Positions 56,804 to 64,000 of a stretch of DNA of 64,000 nucleotides are shown piece by piece (the first letter of the stretch is position 1; every line of letters starts with the position of its first letter). The stretch covers positions 29,926 to 93,925 of the forward strand of contig JANWIX010000074.1 in assembly GCA_025449675.1 (NCBI GenBank), given 5' to 3'. The notes beneath the pieces were generated by a model. The model saw nothing but the letters and a program-made list of their open reading frames with translations. It did not search any database and had not been told where the DNA came from. Made by a program: the position numbers and the translations under genes. Origin of the DNA: Nitrososphaera sp. (GTDB lineage Archaea; Thermoproteota; Nitrososphaeria; Nitrososphaerales; Nitrososphaeraceae).

Positions 56804-57319
56804 CTACTTTATCTTTGACCTTTTGATCTTTTCCTGCAGCAGCATGCAGCCTTGGATAAGGGTCTCAGGTCGGGGAGGGCACCCTGGCACATAGACATCG
56901 ACAGGCACGATCCCGTCAACTCCAGGGAGGACATTGTACGAATCGATGTAGAGCCCGCCGGTAATCGCGCAGGCACCCATCGCTATTACGTACTTTGGTT
57001 CTGGCATCTGGTCATACACCATCCTCAGCCTTGGCGCCATTTTTCTTGTGACTGTGCCCTGTACAACTACCAGGTCGCACTGGCGCAGAGATCCGAACGC
57101 TTCGATTATTCCGAATCTTTCGACGTCGTATCTCGGACCCGAAGCGGCTCCAAATTCCACGCTGCAGCAAGCGGTCTCTAGGTGCACGGGCCATAGAGAC
57201 CAAATTCTGCCCCAGTTGATGGCGTAACCAAGCGGCGTATCAAGTGCCCTGACGAGGATATCGCTCAGCTTGCTAACCATGACGTTAAAGGTAGTCGGGC
57301 TGACGAGTTCTCTCTTCAT
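56804..57319 (-). CDS. nuoB: NADH-quinone oxidoreductase subunit B
   Basis: TACCSVE, MGACA, PGCPPRPE. Confidence 0.95.
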   Translation of the reverse strand: MKRELVSPTTFNVMVSKLSDILVRALDTPLGYAINWGRIWSLWPVHLETACCSVEFGAASGPRYDVERFGIIEAFGSLRQCDLVVVQGTVTRKMAPRLRMVYDQMPEPKYVIAMGACAITGGLYIDSYNVLPGVDGIVPVDVYVPGCPPRPETLIQGCMLLQEKIKRSKIK

Positions 57320-57383
57320 GGGCGATGCCGTTCCTCCTTGCCTGTTTTCTCGCTGTATAGATATTTAATACTTGTTAGCAAGA

Positions 57384-57758
57384 TTACCAGATCCCTTTTC
57401 TCCCTGCGAGGTAAAGCGCGTAGCCCATGGCGGCGAACATTATCGCCAAAAACCCGATGATGGGCAGGGTAGCGGCGCGTGAAATGGAGAATAGCGCGGT
57501 CCCCCAGGCGTATAGAAAGATGGACATTACGTCAAAGACCACGAACATGAGAATATACGCATAGTATTGCATCATGAAATGCGACCTTCCTTCCCCTGTC
57601 GGCATCTGGCCGCATTCCATTGGCAGGAACTTTACGGGGTTATAGCGCCGGCGGGGTGAAATGAGCCTTGATAACACAAGTGCGGGAACAGCCGCCAGCA
57701 GACCGAAACCGAGCATGTAGAGAATCGGAGTAAATCCCGCGGCGGTCTCTCCAGCCAT
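57384..57758 (-). CDS. nuoA: NADH-quinone oxidoreductase subunit A
   Basis: ECG, FVVFDV, FLYAW. Confidence 0.92.
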   Translation of the reverse strand: MAGETAAGFTPILYMLGFGLLAAVPALVLSRLISPRRRYNPVKFLPMECGQMPTGEGRSHFMMQYYAYILMFVVFDVMSIFLYAWGTALFSISRAATLPIIGFLAIMFAAMGYALYLAGRKGIW

Positions 57759-57822
57759 GGCGAGACATGATGCTTTTTGCAACATATAAAAAGGTAACGA
57801 GCATGAATGAATTCTTTCAGAT

Positions 57823-59022
57823 TTAGCCCTTGATTATCATGTTAAACAGCTGCCTTGCCGCAATCTTTGGATGGTGGAGCGCCAGTTTCATCATCTTTCC
57901 CGCAGTAAAGTCTGCCTTGATAAAATCAAGGAATTCGTCGACAGTCATGTCCCGGAGAATTTCTATTTCCTTGTCCCACTGCTCGTCGGACAGCCCTATC
58001 CAGCGCGACTGCACACGGAGCGCCGAGGCGATCCTGGACTCTACCTTACTCTTCCACGTTCTTTCATATTCCGCAAGCGACTCCTTGCTCGAGCCCTGGG
58101 AAATCGACTTTGCTCCGACCTCGCCTGCAAGCCTCCCGAATTCTATTGCGTATCTAATGCCTTCAAGGACAAGGGGATTTGACTGGCCGGCCGAGTCTCC
58201 CACCATCATCAGTCCGTCAGCGATGCTGGTCTGCCGGGAGCCTTCATTTGGAATGGACCCGTAATGAAGTTCGACGGGCTGGATCTTGCCGAGGGAGTCA
58301 AGCGGCTTTGGCCTCTTTTCCAGCAAAAGGTGCAACTTTTCAAGCGGATCCGCGTCAGAGTCTGGCCGGCCGATCCCGACTCCGATCCTCACCCTGTTCT
58401 TGGAAAGTGGAAAGACCCACGCGTATCCTGCATCAGAGTATTGTTTTCCGACCATCAGAACCCATGTCGTGCTGTCAACGCTGTCGCAATAGCACTCGTA
58501 TTCGGCGCCGACTCCGTACCGTTTCCATTCTCCGGCGAGTCCCGCCTTTCGTCCAACCGATGAGCTGAATCCACTGGCGTCAATTACAAGCGTAGCCCTT
58601 AGCGTCAGATCGCCTTTTGGAGTGCTTGCCTTGACGCCAGCTATCCTGTCTCCGTCCTTGATTACATTGATCACGTTGCTTCTCACCATGATCTCGGCGC
58701 CTGCTTCGGCCGCAAGGAACGCAAGATGCTGGTACATGCCCCTGACGTCGAGCACGCACGATTTCGGGGTGCTCCCTGAGATCACGATGTCATTGGCAGG
58801 CGAGACGAATCGAAAGTTGTTTATCGGATTGTAATATCTGCTGGGTATTCCAAGCCTGTCCATAGCGTCCACCCAGGTGACCCCGCTGGTGCGGATGTTG
58901 TGGGCAATGGCCTCGTCCTTTTCAAGCAGGATGACCTTTGCTCCTGACTTTGCTGCCGAGCAAGCAGCAGACAGTCCTGCCGGGCCCCCTCCCACCACTG
59001 CGATGTCAAAGTTTTCTTCCAT
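57823..59022 (-). CDS. geranylgeranyl reductase family FAD oxidoreductase
   Basis: GGGPAG, IDASG, GYAWVFP, GDSAGQSNP..EGI. Confidence 0.9.
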   Translation of the reverse strand: MEENFDIAVVGGGPAGLSAACSAAKSGAKVILLEKDEAIAHNIRTSGVTWVDAMDRLGIPSRYYNPINNFRFVSPANDIVISGSTPKSCVLDVRGMYQHLAFLAAEAGAEIMVRSNVINVIKDGDRIAGVKASTPKGDLTLRATLVIDASGFSSSVGRKAGLAGEWKRYGVGAEYECYCDSVDSTTWVLMVGKQYSDAGYAWVFPLSKNRVRIGVGIGRPDSDADPLEKLHLLLEKRPKPLDSLGKIQPVELHYGSIPNEGSRQTSIADGLMMVGDSAGQSNPLVLEGIRYAIEFGRLAGEVGAKSISQGSSKESLAEYERTWKSKVESRIASALRVQSRWIGLSDEQWDKEIEILRDMTVDEFLDFIKADFTAGKMMKLALHHPKIAARQLFNMIIKG

Positions 59023-59028
59023 CTGACT

Positions 59029-60357
59029 CTAACCTACTGTGAACGACACGTTGCCAAAGCGCATGTACGGCAGAATAGAGTCAAAGATCACTTTTCTTTC
59101 CTTTGAAACCCCGTTCAGGTTCTTCAACGCTTCAAAGACGTTGCCGGCCACCATGACATCTTTGACCGGGTACAGCACGCTCCCTTTTTCCACGAGCTTG
59201 CCGCCCTTGACGACTCCGGAAAAATCGCCGTTTACGGGATTGACGTTTCCCGAAAACCTGCTGATGATAATTCCCCTTTTCATTTCTGAAATCAGAGAGT
59301 GGAAGCTCGACTTGCCTGGGCTGACGATAAAGTTGGTCGTCGAGACGGAGGGAGGCGAGCTCGTAGAACCTCCGGAATTTCCAGTCGTGCTAACGCCTTG
59401 CTTTTTGGCGGTATAAGTGTTGTAGAGGAATTTCTTTAGCACGCCCTTCTCTATCACAATGTTCCGCCTGTGCGGGACACCTTCTCTGTCAAAACTTGAC
59501 GCGCCGAGGCCTTCAGTGTTGGTCGCATCGTCTTCCGCTGTTAGGAGTTCGGTGGAAACCTTTTTGCCTATCTTGCCTGCGAAACGGCTTGATCTTCTCT
59601 GCACCGCATCTGAATTTATGGAATGCGAAATGACTTCCTCTACCAGCTCGTCTGCTGCAGACGGCGTCAAGAGCATTTCGCCCCTAAAACTATCGACCTT
59701 GCGTGGCCCGAGTGAACTTGTCACTGCCTCTGCAAATTCTGCAGCAGTCTTTTGCACCGCAATTTTCTTGGCAAAGTGCGTAGCTCCCGATTGAAAATCA
59801 AAGCTGCTCACGTCGCCGTTCTGGATTGCCATTCCCATTATTGTCCAGGAAAATGTGGATAGCTTTTCCCGCAGCTCGATTCCGTTAGAGCTGGCAAGGA
59901 ATTGTGTTCCTCTGGCTGCTGTGAAATTTCCGCTGTCCACCGTCACTCGGCTGTCGTACGACTTGGCTGCCTCGAGCATGTCTGCGGCCGCAGCTGCAGC
60001 ATCTGATGATCCGAATGATTCTGCGGCCTTGTCATATATGCCTCGCAGGAAGTGCACCTTCCTTTTACGTGGCAACGAATTGAACCTGTCCTTTGGGCTT
60101 GCGCGCGCCATCTTGACAGCCATCGTCGCCGCGGTTCTTACCGAATCCCTTGTGAGAATGTTGGTGGAATAAAATCCAAGCGAGGCGTTTACCAGAACCC
60201 TGATGCCCATAGAGCCGAGCTGCTGCGATTTTGCCTGCTTGATGTCATTGTTCTCTATGAAAACCTCTGATTCGCTTGATATGCTTGCAAATACCTCGGC
60301 GTCGTGCGCTCCCTGCGATTCTGCATCCCTGATTGCATGGCGAAGTAGATCCTGCAT
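59029..60357 (-). CDS. pmbA: TldE/PmbA family protein
   Basis: FDREGVP, NPVNGDFS; no HExxH. Confidence 0.88.
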   Translation of the reverse strand: MQDLLRHAIRDAESQGAHDAEVFASISSESEVFIENNDIKQAKSQQLGSMGIRVLVNASLGFYSTNILTRDSVRTAATMAVKMARASPKDRFNSLPRKRKVHFLRGIYDKAAESFGSSDAAAAAADMLEAAKSYDSRVTVDSGNFTAARGTQFLASSNGIELREKLSTFSWTIMGMAIQNGDVSSFDFQSGATHFAKKIAVQKTAAEFAEAVTSSLGPRKVDSFRGEMLLTPSAADELVEEVISHSINSDAVQRRSSRFAGKIGKKVSTELLTAEDDATNTEGLGASSFDREGVPHRRNIVIEKGVLKKFLYNTYTAKKQGVSTTGNSGGSTSSPPSVSTTNFIVSPGKSSFHSLISEMKRGIIISRFSGNVNPVNGDFSGVVKGGKLVEKGSVLYPVKDVMVAGNVFEALKNLNGVSKERKVIFDSILPYMRFGNVSFTVG

Positions 60358-61820
60358 TACTGGAGACCTCCGATCACGGCGGTGCATCGCAGATGCGGCC
60401 CCCCGCCGTCAACCTTTGCGGGCTGGTACTTGCCGCAGTAGCCGGTGCCGATGTCGTACTTGAAGCGATTGCCCACCATGTCGATTGATTGCAGGACCTC
60501 AAACGCGTTGCCAGAGATGCTGGCTCCCCTCAGCAATTCCTTTATCTCGCCGTTTTCGATAAGGAACGCCTCTTCCGCCCCAAACATGAATTCGCCATTT
60601 GCATCTGCCTGGCCATTCCGCGCGCCTTTCACAAGATACCCATGCGAGGTTTCCTTTATCATTTCATCAAGCGTGTCAGACCCCTTTTCAAAGAAGGTAT
60701 TTCGCATCCTTATCAGCGGCTCGTCGTTATACTGGAATGCCCGGGCGTTGCCCGTGGACGGAACGCCAAAGATCATCGCCGACTCGCGGCTATGTAGAAA
60801 CGACCGGAGAATGCCGTTTTCAATGATCACGGTCCGTTCAGCGATCACTGCCTCGTCGTCTACCATTATAGTGCCGGCTGCGTTCTCCGCGTTATCTGAA
60901 TTGCCGCTATCGACCAGAGTCACCAGCTCACTTCCCACCTTCTCTCCAATTCTGTCCTTCACGATCGAGCCGGAGAGCACAAAGTCTGCTTCCACGGTAT
61001 GCCCTATAGCTTCATGGGACAGCAGCCCTACCATTCCTGGGTCTAAAATTATCGTTGTCTTTTCTCCTTTTGCGTGTCTGGCGGCGAATAACTTTTCCGC
61101 CCTCTTTGCTGCTTCAACTCCGTAATCGAGATGACTTTTTGAGGCAAAGAGGTCGTTCCATCCTCCCGTGATGCCTACTCCCTCGTGAGCCGTCGCGGTC
61201 TGGCTAGTTTTTCCCGCCACTGCGACGACGCTGAACTCTGGCTTTGAATCATGGATTTCTACTTCTCCTCCATCGCTGTTCACTATGGCCTTGTAATCCA
61301 GCAATTCGCGGTAAGTGGCTGATGCGGTCTTTATCAGCTTCGAATGTTTTCGCGCAGCCTGCTCTGCCTCCTTTGTGATCTTGATCTTTTGCTCAATGTC
61401 AACCTCACTAAGGTTGCCGTTTGCTTTGAGCCGGAACTCTCCTCTTGCCATCCGGGAGTCAGCCAGGCCCTTGACCTTGTTTTTCTTGACCTGAGCAAGA
61501 ACGCGCGCAGAGGAAGTTGCTTCAGCAAGAGACTCGCGCAGCGCACCCGGTTCGATATTGCTGGTGCTGCTGAATCCCCAGCAGCCTTCCACCAGGACTC
61601 TAATCCCGCACCCGGCGTTCTCGACGACCCGTACTCTCTGCATGTCTCCGTTGATAAAATTCACCTCGGTCATTAGCCTAGAGTGGTAACGAGCTTCGCA
61701 GTAGCTGGTGCCATTGGACGAGGAAAGTAGCGAAAGAAGGTTATCAATCAAACCGTCGGCACCTCTGGGCCCTCGCGCAACAGAGCTGGAAGATGACTGT
61801 AGTAAATTATCTTTTGTCAT
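60357..61820 (-). CDS. tldD: TldD family metalloprotease
   Basis: HEAIGHTVEAD, TGNAR, IRMRNT, CGK..P. Confidence 0.9.
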   Translation of the reverse strand: MTKDNLLQSSSSSVARGPRGADGLIDNLLSLLSSSNGTSYCEARYHSRLMTEVNFINGDMQRVRVVENAGCGIRVLVEGCWGFSSTSNIEPGALRESLAEATSSARVLAQVKKNKVKGLADSRMARGEFRLKANGNLSEVDIEQKIKITKEAEQAARKHSKLIKTASATYRELLDYKAIVNSDGGEVEIHDSKPEFSVVAVAGKTSQTATAHEGVGITGGWNDLFASKSHLDYGVEAAKRAEKLFAARHAKGEKTTIILDPGMVGLLSHEAIGHTVEADFVLSGSIVKDRIGEKVGSELVTLVDSGNSDNAENAAGTIMVDDEAVIAERTVIIENGILRSFLHSRESAMIFGVPSTGNARAFQYNDEPLIRMRNTFFEKGSDTLDEMIKETSHGYLVKGARNGQADANGEFMFGAEEAFLIENGEIKELLRGASISGNAFEVLQSIDMVGNRFKYDIGTGYCGKYQPAKVDGGGPHLRCTAVIGGLQ

Positions 61821-62215
61821 TCCACCCAGATTGTCTTGCCTGGTTTCTTGATCTGGAGGTGTGAAAATTTGCTGCCCTTGGCCCCATGCCAGTGCCACTT
61901 CAACGCGGGAATACAGACGAAATCTCCTTCGGCCATGTCATGCGAATCGTTCATTCTTATCGTCGCAGTGGTGTCGCTGTCCCTCGTCACATCGGTCTCT
62001 ATAACGACAATTCCTGATCCTTCTGTAGCGATAAGCACCTGATCAACTTCGTGGTAATGCAGCTTTGTGCGTGCGCCATCATGGAACGTCACGAGAAACG
62101 TCTCGAAATCCTTTGTAAGCGTATCTGTTATCATCTTTTTGATCTCAACTCTGCCTTCAAAGTATTTCGACATGGAAGAGTCCGGAGAGATGCTATTGAC
62201 ATTGAACTTTTGCAT
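61817..62215 (-). CDS. cupin domain protein
   Basis: VTFHDGARTKLHYH..Q, GDFVCIP...HWHGA. Confidence 0.88.
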   Translation of the reverse strand: MQKFNVNSISPDSSMSKYFEGRVEIKKMITDTLTKDFETFLVTFHDGARTKLHYHEVDQVLIATEGSGIVVIETDVTRDSDTTATIRMNDSHDMAEGDFVCIPALKWHWHGAKGSKFSHLQIKKPGKTIWVE

Positions 62216-62333
62216 TCGTGCAATCAGTTCGCGCCAAGCAACTTAAATGTCTACTGACCAGCCTTTGTGCGTCGCGGCTATTCCTACAAATGGAATCCAA
62301 CAATTATATCCGGTTCCTGCCTTCGCACTCCAG

Positions 62334-63332
62334 ATGGAGATTATTCCGGCTACGCCAGCACCTGAGTTCAGAGAAGTGACAGGATGGGCCAATTCCGAAC
62401 CCCTTTCGATAAAAGGGTTGAAAGGCAAGGTGGTCCTGCTGGATTGCTGGACGTACACCTGTATTTTCTGCCTCCGTACGATTCCCATAATGCGACTTTT
62501 ACAGCAGAAATACGGAAAACATGGACTGCAAGTAATCCAGGCGCATTCAGCGGAGTACCAATTTGCAACCGACGAAAATAACATCAGGCGTGGGTTAAAG
62601 GCGTTCAACGTAAGTGAGCCAGTGGCATTTGACACCAATAACAAAGTGTGGGAAGATTACGGGAACACGTACTGGCCAAAGCACATCTTGATCGACCATG
62701 ACGGTTTTATTCGCTACGAGCATGCAGGCTATGGAGGCATTGCAGACTTTGAGAATCAGGTAGTAGAATTACTTGAAGAAGCAGGCAAGAATCCCTCAGA
62801 AGAACGCGAGAAGGAGAATCCGCGGGATTCGATTTACGATATCTATGGGATTCATTTTCCTGGAGTTGCTCCGGAGATCTGCGTGGGCTATTCGCGGCTG
62901 AGGCGTTTTGGAAACAATCAGACGCTCAAACCGGATGCGGCAAACTTTGTAGCGGATACGGGCTCTCACGATGTGAACTTGGTCTATCTCCGGGGCAGAT
63001 GGGTCTGGCAGCGCGAATCCGTCCAGAACGCTTCTGGCGGAAAGGATCAGATTTCGAGCGTCATCATGAACTATAACTCTGCGACAAGGGTGCACGGGAT
63101 CATTGGCACCTCTGACGGCAAGCCCGCAAGAATTGAAGTAAAGATTGATGGGAATTACCTTAAGAATGAGCAGCTCGGAAAAGACACAATGCTTGAGGGA
63201 AGCACAAGTTATGCAATTATTGAATGGCCTTTCATGTACAACCTACTCAGGACCGAGAAGCCAGAAGCACATGAAATAGAGATAATCCCCAGCTCTGATA
63301 ATTTCGTTTTCTACACCTTTGTCTTTGGATAA
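62334..63332 (+). CDS. DipZ-like thioredoxin/redoxin domain protein
   Basis: LKGKVVLLDCWTYTCIFC, NTYWP, FYTFVFG. Confidence 0.85.
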   Translation: MEIIPATPAPEFREVTGWANSEPLSIKGLKGKVVLLDCWTYTCIFCLRTIPIMRLLQQKYGKHGLQVIQAHSAEYQFATDENNIRRGLKAFNVSEPVAFDTNNKVWEDYGNTYWPKHILIDHDGFIRYEHAGYGGIADFENQVVELLEEAGKNPSEEREKENPRDSIYDIYGIHFPGVAPEICVGYSRLRRFGNNQTLKPDAANFVADTGSHDVNLVYLRGRWVWQRESVQNASGGKDQISSVIMNYNSATRVHGIIGTSDGKPARIEVKIDGNYLKNEQLGKDTMLEGSTSYAIIEWPFMYNLLRTEKPEAHEIEIIPSSDNFVFYTFVFG

Positions 63333-63364
63333 CTATTTTATTTGCCTCCAACCCGGCTCTGTAT

Positions 63365-63847
63365 ATGGCAGAAAAACAAGTCGAGCTAACAGAGGGAGTT
63401 GCTGCCCCTGATTTTACGATGAGCGATAAGGATGGGAAACCTGTGAAACTGTCAGAGCTTCGCGGCAAAAGGAACGTAGTTGTTTACTTTTACCCAAAGG
63501 ATTTCACCCCCGGGTGCACGATGGAAGCCACAGAGTTTACACGCGACTACAAAAAGTTCAAGGATGCAGGAATTGAAGTCGTCGGCATCAGCCCTGACGA
63601 CGGCAAATCGCACCAAAAATTCAGGGACAAGATGGGGATCCCCTATCCGCTGGTGGCTGACACTGAAAAGGATGTATCAAAGAAATATGGAGTGTACGGC
63701 CTCAAGAGCTTTATGGGCAGGGAGTACATGGGTGTCAACAGGTCGACTTTTCTGGTAGACAAGTCAGGCAAGATAGCAAAGATCTACAGAAAGGTAAAAC
63801 CGGCGGGACACAGCATGGAAGTGCTCGAGATCCTGCGTGGCAAATAG
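63365..63847 (+). CDS. bcp: BCP-type peroxiredoxin
   Basis: YFYPKDFTPGCTMEA, RSTFLVD. Confidence 0.93.
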   Translation: MAEKQVELTEGVAAPDFTMSDKDGKPVKLSELRGKRNVVVYFYPKDFTPGCTMEATEFTRDYKKFKDAGIEVVGISPDDGKSHQKFRDKMGIPYPLVADTEKDVSKKYGVYGLKSFMGREYMGVNRSTFLVDKSGKIAKIYRKVKPAGHSMEVLEILRGK

Positions 63848-63874
63848 ATTGTTGCTTGAGAAGGTTGGTGGAGG

Positions 63875-64000
63875 CTATCTTGATGATTCAACAAGCTCTG
63901 ACAAGTGCTCCAGTATCTTCATGTGATGCTCTTCATCAACGCTAATACTCTTCAAGAGCGCGGCCGTCTCTGCGTCATCTGATGCAAGCTCGGCACACTT
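63875..64000 (-). CDS. ferritin-like protein, C-terminal part (5' end outside window)
   Basis: Manual: ...ETAALLKSISVDEEHHMKILEHLSELVESSR*. Confidence 0.6.
   Translation of the reverse strand, partial: KCAELASDDAETAALLKSISVDEEHHMKILEHLSELVESSR

Noticed and set aside
47103-57758. Complex I lacking nuoEFG and with M before L
   Set aside because: Known, ordinary arrangement for Nitrososphaerota.

Overview
Archaeal chromosome segment, most likely from a Nitrososphaera-like ammonia-oxidising archaeon. This is inferred from the nuoABCDHIJKMLN order without nuoEFG, cofGH, a thermosome, VPEFP-tailed surface proteins and BHB-intron tRNAs. 1-15.9 kb is an accessory stress/energy-sensing cluster: 5 CBS-pair proteins, 2 USPs, Hsp20, a thermosome, a P-II protein, a class III nucleotide cyclase, a cupredoxin and a ferritin-like protein. 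About ten of its intergenic regions carry the same 5-bp-periodic TGCA-N-TGCA motif, usually just upstream of TATA-like boxes, which makes this the best candidate for an undescribed regulon. Next come uvrBAC, an alanine dehydrogenase-like gene, and a decaying IrrE/DUF4411 islet beside a two-intron tRNA-Trp. These are followed by cofHG, htrA, cbtBA with a divergent regulator, and small sensor/wHTH genes. A tRNA-Ile2(CAT)-anchored islet holds att-like remnants, hicAB debris and a large surface metallopeptidase. The window ends with a CADD-like gene, a tRNA-Glu with a D-loop intron, a prenyl synthase, the complex I operon, geranylgeranyl reductase, tldE/tldD, a cupin, a DipZ-like redoxin and bcp. 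All calls come from motif recognition by eye; no searches were run.
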